From Eledone cirrhosa (lineage: Eukaryota): DNA of 64,000 nucleotides. Under the pieces are notes generated by a model. It made no database searches. It saw nothing but the letters and a program-made list of their open reading frames with translations, and had not been told where the DNA came from. Each line of letters starts with the position of its first letter. Within the stretch, counting starts at the first letter, position 1. Where the stretch lies: NCBI GenBank assembly GCA_964016885.1, contig OZ024743.1, positions 145,204,001 to 145,268,000 of the forward strand, in the 5' to 3' direction. The position numbers and the translations under genes are program-made. Of this stretch, positions 43,950-59,999 are shown piece by piece.

Positions 43950-44282
43950 CTACTACGTGTATACTAAAACTGTTAAAAATATCAACCAAATCTACTTCAA
44001 TTAACACACTGTTGTCTTTCAATTGTCGTCTTTAGATTTTGTATTTCATGGAAAGTCTTATCTGAACAAATGTTATCACGATTGAAAACCGTGTACTTAA
44101 CTGATCAGTAAAAGAAAAATAGGGAAAATATAACCCTACGGTTTAGAAGGAAGTGTAGTATTTTGTTAATCAAAATATTTGAAAGATATGCTTAATATAA
44201 ATCACCCAGTTCCGATGAGAGGTAAATCATTACAAAATGTAAACTTATTTATCATTTATATCACATACATACATACATATAT

Positions 44283-44834
44283 AGTGGCTGCCAACTCGTT
44301 TTCGAGTACGGCCACTACTTTATATCCATGTAGGAGAACCCCTACCGATGCGCTGAACGGGTGTGACTTTTTAGTCCAGCCAGCGACTTGAAAACTCTGG
44401 TACAAACACTACACTTATTGACACATAGTGCTGGGCCCATAGTACCATGTGATGACAAGTGCAGAGAGATGTCCAGATATAAAGCAATGCCTGTGCCGTG
44501 AAGCTTTTATAGTGAGCAAAGGCACTGCACAAAGCCAGTCCCACTCTCTTAACCAAGATGATATTTACCAAAAAGAAGAACAAGTCAACATCATTGGATA
44601 CCATCAGGGTTGCAGGTGTTATATCAGAGTTTTCCTTCTCCTAGAATTCTGCCTTGACAAAGGCTAAGGGGTCATCTCTCCCGGTGATTTTGGATGGCCA
44701 TTGACTCTTAAGAGCTCCTTTGCCCTTTGACAGGTTTTGTTTTTAGTCCTGCAGGATGTCCAAAGTCACCTTCCTCACCAAGAAACCTTGGTGGGGTTGC
44801 CAGTTTAGTCGCCAACGACCCGACCATGAGACAG
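44283..44834 (-). mobile_element. ~610 bp element, copy 2 (inverted, missing ~45 bp at its TGTCAGG end)
   Basis: Reverse complement of 27247-27810; flanked by CATA/TA repeats. Confidence 0.88.
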
Positions 44835-45045
44835 ACATTATTATATACATGTATAGACATACATATATACATGTATACATACACACATACATACATACAT
44901 ATATACATGTATACATACATATATAAATACATACATACACACACTTGCATACATACATACATACATACATACATACATACATACATACATACATACATAC
45001 ATACATACATACATACATACATACATACATACATACATACATGTT

Positions 45046-46422
45046 TTGTTATATGTTTCAGCTGTCACATTGCTATCATATAACACACATCTAAAACCAC
45101 GCAATCAAGATACAAGCAGAAAGCCTGAACCAGCGTGGATGCGAAATTTAAAATCCAAAATTTTGTCCCTGGGACGAAGTATCTCACACATCGCAGTCGT
45201 TATGAAATGCAACATAGAGAGCAACTTCACACGACACCAGGAAGACCTAAAGAAAAAGTTAGAGAGACGATTTGGAGATACAAAATTTAAAACTTTGAAC
45301 TCCAAATTACACCAGTTGAAACAACAACTCACAGCTACAACAGAAAGACTGAAATATAAGTCAACAGCACATAAACGACAAGTGCTAAATAGATTGTTTG
45401 CCAGAGATCCTAAATCAGTTTATCGCAGCTTCGGTGGCAAAAGCTCAATCTCTGTAAATGACACCCCTTCAAAAGAACAGGTTGAGAGCTACTGGAGATC
45501 TGTATGGGAAACGGATGACGGATTCAACAGACAAGCTAATTGGCTAAAAGAACTGGAACAGGACTACTGCCAACATGTCCAGACAAAACAATATGACATA
45601 GATGGGTCAATACTGGAAACAGCTCTACAGAAAATGTCGAATAGGAAATCGCCAGTCCCAGACCTCATTACAGGATACTGGTTGAAGAATTTCACTTTCT
45701 ATCGGCAAGATCTCATACGGCTGTTTACAGAAACCATTAAGGGCACACAAGAACTGCCCAGATGGTTATCAACTGCCTCTACTCTCCTCATTCCCCAAAA
45801 TAGCCAAACCACCCTTGCTAAAAATTACCGCCCAATTGCCTGCCAAAACATCATGTATAAATTATATACTGGGTGCCTTAACCTGTTCTTACAGGATCAC
45901 TGTGCTACCAACAACATCATAACACCTGAGCAAGCTGGTGGAAAGAGGGAGGTGTGGGGTTGCATAGATCACCTACTAACTAACAAAATGATTCAGGAAA
46001 AAACAACAAAGAATCGCAGAAACATGACTGTCGTGTGGCTGGACTATCAAAAAGCATTTGATAGTGTACCTCATGGGTGGATTGTTAAGGCTTTACAGTT
46101 AGCTAAAGTCCCACAACCATTGGTAGCTGCTGTTGAACGCCAGACCAAGAACTGGTACACCAGTTTGATCCTTAGAGGTGAGAAGGAGCAGGTTAAGACT
46201 GATAAGATACATTACCAGAAGGGCATCTTTCAGGGTGATAGCTTGTCAGTGCTACTCTTCGTTCTCTCACTGAATCCACTATCTTACCTACTCAGGAAAC
46301 AAGGTGGACAAAGAAGTGGGCCCAGAAGTATCTCCCATCTTTTCTTTGTTGATGACCTGAAGTTGTATGGGCCAAATATCAATGACATCAAGAAACAATC
46401 ATCAAAACCGACATCAAAATGA
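45046..46422 (+). pseudogene. RLE-LINE reverse transcriptase part
   Basis: NYRPIAC, EQAGG, WLDYQKAFDSVPH, GIFQGDSLS.LLF, HLFFVDDLKLY. Confidence 0.93.
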
Positions 46423-47861
46423 AATTTGGTGAGTCCAAGTGTGCATATTTGGCAGTAAAACGTGGAAGAGCTGTGCCCTCCTCTAGAAATCTAGAGATGA
46501 ACGGCCTGACAATACAACCTCTGCAGTCAGGTGACAACTACAGATATCTTGGACAGGATGAGAATGTCAGATATGATGGACCCATAAATAAGGAGAGAAC
46601 CAGAACTGAATACCTCAGAAGAGTAAAGAAAATATGGTCATCAGAACTGTCAGCATACAACAAATACATTGCCCACAATACTTATGCTGTGCCAATTCTA
46701 ACGCCAACATTTGGCCTACTGAACTGGTCATTGCAAGAACTAAGTGAGATGGATGTTAGAACTCGAAAACTTCTCAGTGTTACTGGGAACTTTAACATCA
46801 ATGGTGATGTGGATAGGCTATACTTCTCACGCAAGGAAGGTGGCCGGGGTCTAAAATCAATATTAACAACATATGAGACCCGGATAGTAACACTGAAGCA
46901 ACACCTTCAACAGAGGAAAAAGGTTGGCAACCATCTTGCCCAGGTTTATGACCATGAAAAAAGAAATATCATTAGAATAGCGACTGATCTGGAGGAGAGA
47001 TATGGAATAAAGCCTGATATAAATCTCTCACCCAGAGAAATCGGAAGATCCTATTCAATGTTCAAACAAGATAAAAAAATTGACCAATTTACAGAAAAAG
47101 TTGTGCATGGATACTTGAGGCGTAAAACACAGACCATAGAGGGGATAAACCACTCAAAAAGCCTGGCATGGAGTTCCGACAAGTTTATGACATCACACCT
47201 TGAGGGATATCTCTATGCAATACAGGAACAAGAACTCCCTACCAAATATCTGCTGCACAAAAGAGGAGGGCCAGCAGCTGACAATAAATGTAGGCTATGT
47301 AAAACAAAGATCGAGGATGTAAGCCAGATTGTTGCCAGCTGCGAAAGAATGTCATCTCACTACTACCTCCCCATGAGACACGATGGGATAGCTAGAACCA
47401 TCTGGAACGCACTTCGGAAAACAAAATTAACAAAAAACGAGGAAGAATATATTGAGACAGATGGCACTAAGGAATACTGGTGGAACCTGAAAATAAAAAC
47501 TGCCACCAAATTAAAGCACAACCGGCCTGATATTGTAGTTTGGGACCACACATTGAAAACGTGTTCTGTTGTGGAGATCAGCTGCCCACTTGATTTAAAC
47601 GTTGTCAGAAAAATACAGGAGAAGGAGGACATCTATGGACCATTGATGAGGAGTTTACAAATCCAGTATCCAAGATACACCTTTAGCTTCATACCCATCA
47701 TTATTGGTGCTACGGGTTATATACCAACCCGCTTGGACCAAAGTATGACTGAACTTGGATTTGCGGACAAAAAGCGCAGCTCCCTAATTCATAGTCTACA
47801 AATGGCTGCGATAGCTGGCACCTTCAAAATTTGCAAAACATTCTTGCGATTCAAGGGATGA
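46419..47861 (+). pseudogene. RLE-LINE thumb, zinc knuckle and PD-(D/E)xK endonuclease part
   Basis: KFGESKC, YRYLG, RKEGGRGL, CRLC...EDVSQIVASC (knuckle with H replaced by Q), RHD, HNRPDIVV...VEISCP...K..IY. Confidence 0.92.
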
Positions 47862-48226
47862 CAATTTCTTTTCTTTTACAACCTTGCCACCAGGAAGGTG
47901 GCCGGTCAAAAAAATATACTCGAAATTAAAAGAAAGAGAAAACATACATACTTACAAATATACATATATATACACACATACATGCATACATACATACATA
48001 CACACGTGCATACATGCATACATGCGTACATAGATACATACATACATGCATACATGCATACATGCATACATACATACACACGTGCATACATGCATACATG
48101 CGTACATAGATGCATACATACATACACGACTAGTTACATACATACTTAATTACACACATGCATACATGCACACATACATACATATTTACAAATTTACATA
48201 CATAAACATGCATACTTATAAAACAT

Positions 48227-48346
<120 letters not shown>

Positions 48347-48615
48347 GTGTCAGCATGGGAGTGCTTTAGTTCATTCACTCAAACATTGCAGAGTTTCATT
48401 CGACAAACTTCCAAGAATCTTGAAAGAAGACAGAAACATTCAAATAATTCACAGAGCTTGTAATAAGTGTTGATTTGGTCACCCATATAGGCATTTTCTC
48501 TCTCTTGAATTGCTGATTATAGCCTCAAATAAGAATAATTCAATGGTAAATTTAATTTAGGTGTTGAATGTGCTACAAGAATATGGTTCATTAGTAATTT
48601 CATCGTAGAATCATA

Positions 48616-51935
<3,320 letters not shown>

Positions 51936-51937
51936 GC

Positions 51938-51968
<31 letters not shown>

Positions 51969-52094
51969 ATGTAGGAGGTGAGTTTTATTGTAGTACAATA
52001 AAGCAATGCAGATATCGGATAAGAAGCACTCTACAGTTTGTGGGACTGGAGTATGCATAATATAAGATCAAAAGATGGTTAAAGGAGTTCCATA

Positions 52095-52165
52095 TATTTT
52101 ATTATGCGCATTTCAAAAACAAACATCATCAAGCAATAATATTTGTGTTTTCATCAGATAAAACA
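52095..52165 (-). ncRNA. Type I hammerhead ribozyme
   Basis: Reverse complement of 56340-56410. Confidence 0.85.
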
Positions 52166-53166
52166 GGAGAACATGATATGAAGGCTAAAAAACACTTGTG
52201 GATAGTGCAGTTTTAAATCAACATATGAAAAGTGGTTTTAGATTGATGTGTGATATTGGGAAAAATATTTTATTTAGAGAGGGGGGGGAAGGATGAAAAG
52301 GGAAGGAGATGAGAGGGAGAGATGGGTGATAGAGAGAAAGAGATAGTTTTTATAACTGAGAGGAGATATATTTTTTACATAGAGGGGTTGAAAACCGTTG
52401 GAAGATACTGTATAAATTAAAAATTTTGAAAATTAACGAAGGGAGGATATGTGCGAGGAAAAAATATTTTATTTAGGGAGGGGGGGGTGGAAAGGATGAA
52501 AAAAAGGGGGCGGAGATGAGAGTGAAGGTGGAGAGGGAGAGATGGGTGATAGAGAGAAAGAGATAGTTTTTATAACTGAGAAAAAGATATATTGTTTTAA
52601 TATAGAGAGGTTGGGAACCGTTGGAAGATAATGTATAAATTAAAGGAATTTGAAAATTAACGAAGGGAAATTATGTATGAAGATAGAGAGAAAAAAATAA
52701 TAATTGTGGGTGAATATTCTAACGTCAAAAGAAGAAATGTATGTATTGTGGCAATTTCAAAATTAGCGAAGAGAAAAATTGTTAAGGTTTGTGTGTAGAA
52801 GGATTTGAGAAAAATAATGTGAAGTTAAAGTTTGTATATTGAATTGATAATATATGCGAATAAAGAGTTAATATGTATTAATAATGAGTTCGTTGATGGG
52901 GAGAAAAAAATAATAATAAATTAAGGATGAAATTGAGATTAAAAAGATTTATGATAGAGAGAAAAAATAATAGTGATTGCGGATGAATATTCAAAATGTC
53001 AAAAACAAATGTTATTATTTTACGAGAAGATAGAATGAGGGTAATGAGTAAACTAGTATTATAGAGTGTATAATGCCCTTTAAAGTAAGGTAGATGGGTA
53101 TATTTTAAAGAGGTGTATGTATATGTGCCTTTGAGAAAAGATTCTAAATTGATAAAGAATTGAATA

Positions 53167-54582
53167 TTAACTGTATGCTTTGTGAAAAGTTCTATGGAAT
53201 TTATGCAGGCAGATAGAAAACAAATCTGAGCGTCTATTTATTATAGAATCTAGGTTAGAGATAATGGTAAATTTTTCATTTAGGCAGAGATTACAGATTT
53301 TAGATAGAGAGCTGTTCAAGTATGAGGATGCAGAAGAAATCTTCTTCCAAAAGATGGTATATTTAATGTTTTTGTCTTTTAAGGACCATATGAGTTCTGA
53401 GAGAGCAGTGTTAGTTCTTTTAAGTTTGTATTTGAAAGATGAATGATGATTATAGAGACGAGCTTTAAAAGAGGTGGAAGTGGAGCCAAAATAGGTGAAG
53501 GAATTGGTGCTAGTTATAATTTTACATTCATAAATTAAGTTTTTATCGAGGCAATGGTTGTTGAGAGGACATTTATTTTTAATGCGGCAGTTGCAATTAG
53601 AGAGATTATTAATGAGTGATCTAGTGTTATCTATAGAAGGAATTGGATTGGAGAAGTTGTTTGCGATAGGAATAATAGTTTCTTGATTTAGAGTTGGATT
53701 ATGAACATTTAGCGAAGTTGTGTTTGACGTTGTATTTGGGTTTACAGAAGTTAGCCTAGGGTTTACAATGACGTCGGGAGTACTATTACTGTTATTATGA
53801 AATTCAATATTGGAAGGAAGAGATTTAGTATTTAATATTTTGTTGTTGTGTTTAGAGATGATGTTGGAAATATTGGAGGATGTAGAATACGAAAATTTGA
53901 TGGTGTGTTTGTTAAATATTTTACTATAGATATGTGAGGGAGGGAAGCATTTATTTAAGGCACTAAAAAATAATTTAGGAATATTGTTATTAATAGAGAT
54001 GGAGAAAGGAGCATTATACCAGATTATGTTTTTGTATCTAGGTCTTTTATTAAAATTATTGGAATGGTCATGATTAATTATTCTACTGTAAGTTTTCCTA
54101 GAATTTGTTTCTTTATTATATTTGATTTTATCTGGATAGCCGGCTTTAGAAAGTGCGTTATTATAGTAATTGGCGTTAGCATCAAAGATGTTTTTATTGG
54201 AAGATATGTTAGATATTCTATTTCCAATATTATTAACTATAGCATTCTTGATATTGGTAGGATGGTTAGATTTAAAGTTAACATAATTAAGGTTCTCATT
54301 GTTTTTATGGTAAGGGTAATATAGGCCAGTGTCAAGATTAAGAGATACATTCAAGAAATTAGCTAGTTTGATACTATTATCAAATTCAATTTTTAGGTTA
54401 TGTTGGTTAAAGAGATTACGTATATTGTTCTTAATAATATTAAGTTTAACTATATTGCAATTTAGGATAGTAAAGAGTCCATCGTCACGATAAATTCCAC
54501 CGCGAAGTTGAGGAATTTTCCGACTCAAAGAGTTCAAAATGAAGATACCAATTAAATCAGTCAATTGGGATGAATTTGGGAT
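53167..54582 (-). pseudogene. PLE RT C-terminus plus GIY-YIG, 5'-truncated (Naiad-like C-terminal motifs)
   Basis: GGIYRDDGL, NFLNVSL, YPYHK..YVNFKSNHP, IIWYNAPFS, CNCR...CPL..HCL..NLIYEC, YFGST..FKARLYNH, CNLCLNEK...R.DL...CLH. The N-terminus of the listed ORF is junction sequence. Confidence 0.9.
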
Positions 54583-55336
54583 AATATTTAACAAACACAC
54601 CATCAAATTTTCGTATTCTACATCCTCCAATATTTCCAACATCATCTCTAAACACAACAACAAAATATTAAATACTAAATCTCTTCCTTCCAATATTGAA
54701 TTTCATAATAACAGTAATAGTACTCCCGACGTCATTGTAAACCCTAGGCTAACTTCTGTAAACCCAAATACAACGTCAAACACAACTTCGCTAAATGTTC
54801 ATAATCCAACTCTAAATCAAGAAACTATTATTCCTATCGCAAACAACTTCTCCAATCCAATTCCTTCTATAGATAACACTAGATCACTCATTAATAATCT
54901 CTCTAATTGCAACTGCCGCATTAAAAATAAATGTCCTCTCAACAACCATTGCCTCGATAAAAACTTAATTTATGAATGTAAAATTATAACTAGCACCAAT
55001 TCCTTCACCTATTTTGGCCCCACTTCCACCTCTTTTAAAGCTCGTCTCTATAATCATCATTCATCTTTCAAATACAAACTTAAAAGAACTAACACTGCTC
55101 TCTCAGAACTCATATGGTCCTTAAAAGACAAAAACATTAAATATACCATCTTTTGGAAGAAGATTTCTTCTGCATCCTCATACTTGAACAGCTCTCTATC
55201 TAAAATCTGTAATCTCTGCCTAAATGAAAAATTTACCATTATCTCTAACCTAGATTCTATAATAAATAGACGCTCAGATTTGTTTTCTATCTGCCTGCAT
55301 AAATTCCATAGAACTTTTCACAAAGCATACAGTTAA
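54583..55336 (+). pseudogene. Inverted duplicate of the PLE GIY-YIG region
   Basis: Same protein as 53167-53920 except YFGPT versus YFGST. Confidence 0.9.
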
Positions 55337-56339
55337 TATTCAATTCTTTATCAATTTAGAATCTTTTCTCAAAGGCACATATACATACACCTCTTTAAAA
55401 TATACCCATCTACCTTACTTTAAAGGGCATTATACACTCTATAATACTAGTTTACTCATTACCCTCATTCTATCTTCTCGTAAAATAATAACATTTGTTT
55501 TTGACATTTTGAATATTCATCCGCAATCACTATTATTTTTTCTCTCTATCATAAATCTTTTTAATCTCAATTTCATCCTTAATTTATTATTATTTTTTTC
55601 TCCCCATCAACGAACTCATTATTAATACATATTAACTCTTTATTCGCATATATTATCAATTCAATATACAAACTTTAACTTCACATTATTTTTCTCAAAT
55701 CCCTCTACACACAAACCTTAACAATTTTTCTCTTCGCTAATTTTGAAATTGCCACAATACATACATTTCTTCTTTTGACGTTAGAATATTCACCCACAAT
55801 TATTATTTTTTCCTCTCTATCTTCATACATAATTTCCCTTCGTTAATTTTCAAATTCCTTTAATTTATACATTATCTTCCAACGGTTCCCAACCTCTCTA
55901 TATTAAAACAATATATCTTTTTCTCAGTTATAAAAACTATCTCTTTCTCTCTATCACCCATCTCTCCCTCTCCACCTTCACTCTCATCTCCTCCCCCTTT
56001 TTTTCATCCTTTCCACCCCCCCCCCCTAAATAAAATATTTTTTCCTCGCACATATCCTCCCTTGGTTAATTTTCAAAATTTTTAATTTATACAGTACCTT
56101 CCAACGGTTTTCAACCCCTCTATGTAAAAAATATATCTCCTCTCAGTTATAAAAACTATCTCTTTCTCTCTATCACCCATCTCTCCCTCTCATCTCCTTC
56201 CCTTTTCATCCTTTCCCCCCCCCCTCTCTAAATAAAATATTTTTCCCAATATCACACATCAATCTAAAACCACTTTTCATATGTTGATTTAAAACTGCAC
56301 TATCCACAAGTGTTTTTTAGCCTTCATATCATGTTCTCC

Positions 56340-56410
56340 TGTTTTATCTGATGAAAACACAAATATTATTGCTTGATGATGTTTGTTTTTGAAATGCGCA
56401 TAATAAAATA
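56340..56410 (+). ncRNA. Type I hammerhead ribozyme
   Basis: TGTTTTAT-CTGATGA-(~16 bp helix II)-GAAA-TGCGCA-TA-ATAAAATA; predicted cleavage after 56402. Confidence 0.87.
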
Positions 56411-56434
56411 TATGGAACTCCTTTAACCATATTT

Positions 56435-56506
<72 letters not shown>

Positions 56507-56637
56507 GAGAGTTTTTTTTTACAAATTGAAAAATAACCGCGGTGTCCTACACGAGTGAAAGTATAAAGAAAAAGAGATGAAATCGAAAATGCAACTGGAG
56601 TCTTATTTTTTTTTTAAATATATATATTTATTTGGTT

Positions 56638-56675
56638 CCTTTACCGGTTTCGCAGTTCTTCTGCTTTTCAAAAGG
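56638..56675 (-). ncRNA. Minimal hammerhead, U3-A8 core variant
   Basis: Identical to 18310-18347. Confidence 0.7.
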
Positions 56676-57193
56676 TGAGTTGAGATGGAGGGTCTGTGGT
56701 TTTTCTCACATCTAGTTGGTCTCTGAATGTTACTTGTTTTATATGGAAAAAGTGGCTCGAAATGCCAGGTTTTTCGAGAAATAATTTGATTGGTTTGTCA
56801 ATAATTATAATAAATTTCGCGCCAGTTCGCGTTACAATAGTTCTTCAAATAAGAGGGGGGGGTTGTCACAGGTTGTTTTTTTTTCATATATGACTGTTTG
56901 AATTTCTTTTTACTTGAAAAAAGGGGCTCACGAATGCTTTTTTTTTTTTAGTTGGTTATAAATGAAATTATGGCTGTCACGTGAACAAGTTTTCATTAAA
57001 TTTTCGTGCCCTTATTTGGAAATCCATTCTGTAGCCTTTTTAGAGAATTGTATGATAAGTGATAGATAATGGTCAAGAGAAAGGGATGGGAGAATTGTTC
57101 TGGTTCAGTGAATATGGTTAGTTCGCTGGGGTGTCAGAATTCAGATTTTCTATTGAATAAAGACAGTAAAGATATGTATGTTTATTTGTGTGC

Positions 57194-57280
<87 letters not shown>

Positions 57281-58074
57281 GAATTTCTTTACTTAAAAAA
57301 AAAAGGTGGCTCACGAAGGCTTTTTTTTAATAAACGTGATTTGATTGGTTATAACTGAAATTTGGCTGTCACGTGAACAAGTTTTCATTACATTTTTGCG
57401 CCCTTATTTGGAAATCTATTCTGTAGCCTTTATAGAGAATGTTATGACAAGGGAAAGATAATGGTCAAGAGAAATGGGATTGGGAGAATTGTTCTGGTTC
57501 AGTGAATATGGTTAGTTCGCTGGGGTGTCAGAGTTCAGATTTTCTATTGAAGTAAAGATATGTATGTTTATTTGTGTGCTTCTGTGTGTGTGTGTGTGTG
57601 TATTGGAAGACGATTCTATTAGTAGAAATGGGGGACGGAGTTGTGTGTGTGTGTGTATATGGGTGTTATGTGTGTGTGTGCGAGTATGTTAAGATGGAGA
57701 GAATATATATTTTGTGTGTATATATGTGTGTAGGAAAGTGGTTCTATTAGTAGAAATGGGGTAGGGAGTTGTGGTGTGGGGGTTGTTATGTGTGTGTATG
57801 GGTGTTATGTGTGTGGGAGTATGGTTTCTTCCCCTTGTTTTTCATATATATATATATATATTGTGTGTGTGTGTGTGTGTGTGTGTAGGAAAATGATTCC
57901 TTTAGTAGGAATATTTTTGAATGAACATATTTTCCTTACTTATTCGTATTTGTTCTGTTGTATTGTCAGTGCAAACGTATGTTAAGGTTTATTTAGTTCG
58001 GGTTTTTATTTTTTAAAGTAGAAGGTGTTATGTGTGTGTGTGTATGTCATATTATGGTGTTGACATAATGTATA

Positions 58075-58535
58075 TTAAACCATATTTAATGCTGGTCTAT
58101 ATTTTTGAATAAACATATTTTCCTTATTTATTCGTATTTGTTCTGTTGTATTGTTAGCGCAAAGGTAAAATGGGAAGACTTGGAATTTGGGTGTCTTATT
58201 ACTTGCGCAAATGTCTAGATGTGCACTTAGTGGTATCTGTCTCGTGGTTGGATCTCGTAACTGTTGGCGATGAACTGTCATTCTGTTTCTGAGTATGAGT
58301 TTAGTTTGTCCTATATAATCTTCATTGCATAGATTTTTTGATGAGCAAGTGAAGTGATTTTTTACAGTAAAATTTTGTCCTGACTTAAATGTATACGTGT
58401 TGCCTTCAATGAGGTGAGTGCAGGTTCCACAATTAGAGCGACCACATTTTTTTATACTTGGCTGTGGGTTTGTGGTAGGTAATTTGGCATTGGTGAGTAA
58501 TGTTTTCAGTGATTTTTGTTGTCTTTTGCTTTTGA
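58075..58535 (-). pseudogene. PLE GIY-YIG endonuclease fragment
   Basis: KCGRSNCGTC, FTCSSKNL, YIGQT...RNRMTVHRQQ, FIQKYRPALN. Confidence 0.88.
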
Positions 58536-58813
58536 TTAATATTATAATTGTTTCTAATTTTGGCACAAGGCCAGCATTATCTTTCACTTATCATAAAATT
58601 CTCTAAAAAGGCTACAGAATGGATTTCCAAATAAGGGCACGAAAATTTAATGAAAACTTATTGATATGGTATATATGAGAAATCTTGTAAGAAATCTTGT
58701 AACATCCCATATGATTCAGGTTGAATGATATATAACATTTGTGGTGTAATCTACCCTCGTAATTTTAGACACGTGTTTACTGTGTTTACTTCTACACATA
58801 TTAATATTATAAT

Positions 58814-59001
58814 TGTTTCTAATTTTGGCACAAGGCCAGCAATTACTCAGTACATTACTGGTACTTTATTTTATCGACCCCGTAAGGATGAAAGGCAAAG
58901 TTGACATCGGCAGGATTTGAATTCAGAATGGAAGGGGCTGTAATTCTATGCGTCAAAGCATGGCGTCTGACCCTCTACCGATACTGCCAATCCACCGCCC
59001 T
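58814..59001 (-). mobile_element. Octopus-type tRNA-derived SINE with 15 bp TSD
   Basis: Reverse complement of the 7142 family. TSD TATTAATATTATAAT at 58799-58813 and 59002-59016. Confidence 0.9.
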
Positions 59002-59244
59002 TATTAATATTATAATGCTCAGTATTTGTACTTTGAGCTTGTTAATTGCAGGGAATCTATATGAGTTAATAACTCTATATTTTATTTGTATTTCGGCTCC
59101 TTATCTGTTGAGCTTATAAAAAAAAATGAGTGTAAATAGGCTATTATTTCTAGCATAACCACTCGCACCGCATATGACTTTCAACGCACGAGGTGTAAAC
59201 TTTAGTGAGTTTATTGTTATAGGTGTTATGTAACATTTAGTCTT

Positions 59245-59336
59245 ATCTCCTGCTGACGAAATGCCTACGGATTACTTGTTACAAACACGATTCATTCAGG
59301 GCGAAATAGATTAAATCTTTGGTCTGTCCGGGAGAT
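59245..59336 (+). ncRNA. Type I hammerhead candidate with a full stem III
   Basis: ATCTCCTG-CTGACGA-(aat)GCC...GGC-GAAA-TAGATTA/TGGTCTG-TC-CGGGAGAT; GUC site; 3 extra nt before helix II. Confidence 0.6.
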
Positions 59337-59805
59337 GAAATGGTTATTGATATGGTATGTATGAGAAATCTTGTAAGAAATCTTGTAACATCCCATATGA
59401 TTCAGGTTGAATGATATATAACATTTGTGGTGTAATCTACCCTCGTAATTTTAGACACGGGTTTACTGTGTTTACTTCTACACATATTTATATATATATA
59501 TTCATTAGTTAAGCAAAACAAGACCACAAATTTCACAAGGAAAACATTATTAAAAGATTGTCAGCATATTTTAGTTTGATGTAAGGAATGTAGAGAATAA
59601 TAATAATAATATTAATAATAATAATGTTCGTTTACAATTGTTTCGCTACTCTATATAATATTTCTGGATCAAATGAATATATATCATTATTGATCTGGTT
59701 CATTTGAAAATAATTAAGATATTTAAAAACAGAGCGGCTCATAGGAACTTCAAAGGAATATAAATTAAAATAAGGAGAGAATGTTACACAATGTAATGTT
59801 CCATA

Positions 59806-59999
59806 TATGGTGTCCTGAGTGTATCAATTGTCAGCCATAATCAAGCAGTATTCATCTGTCGAGGCTGCATTGTGTGAGATCTGCCTATGGTTAACCAGAT
59901 GGCCGCCTTGTTACCCATAGGCAGATCTCACACAATGCAGCCTTGACAGATGAATACTGCTTGATTATGGCTGACAATTGATACACCCAGGACACCATA
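59806..59999. repeat. 194 bp palindrome (MITE-like, TA at both ends)
   Basis: ~89 bp arms with 3 mismatches and a ~15 nt loop. Confidence 0.88.

Larger units (their letters stand above)
45042..47941 (+). mobile_element. R4/Dong-like non-LTR retrotransposon with restriction-like endonuclease, 5'-truncated, embedded in (CATA)n
   Basis: Single RT-RLE reading frame with one break near 46400. Short 3' UTR with hairpin GCCACC-aggaa-GGTGGC. (ACAT)n on the left and degenerate CATA repeats on the right. Confidence 0.92.
51969..56438. mobile_element. Young Penelope-like element with ~1.85 kb inverted arms (52067-53920 / 54583-56438), in TA repeats
   Basis: Arms near-identical. The 662 bp spacer encodes the RT C-terminus on the minus strand. 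Hammerhead in both arms. Confidence 0.93.
56501..58659 (-). mobile_element. 5'-truncated Penelope-like element (GIY-YIG plus long 3' UTR with internal duplications) with a complex inverted 5' junction
   Basis: 3' end abuts (TA)n at 56500. 58575-58659 is an inverted copy of 56988-57071. Confidence 0.85.
58658..59488 (+). mobile_element. Small direct-repeat unit with a hammerhead (retrozyme-like or PLE pseudo-LTR), carrying a SINE insertion
   Basis: ~145 bp direct repeats 58658-58802 / 59344-59488, with a hammerhead immediately upstream of the second repeat. Confidence 0.6.

Noticed and set aside
43739-44035. Poly-E/poly-R/poly-S ORFs
   Set aside because: Pure (GAA)n microsatellite with no splice or coding context.
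54583-54693. N-terminus of the 508 aa ORF (and of the 265 aa ORF at 54539)
   Set aside because: Chance read-through across the inversion junction, not real start regions.
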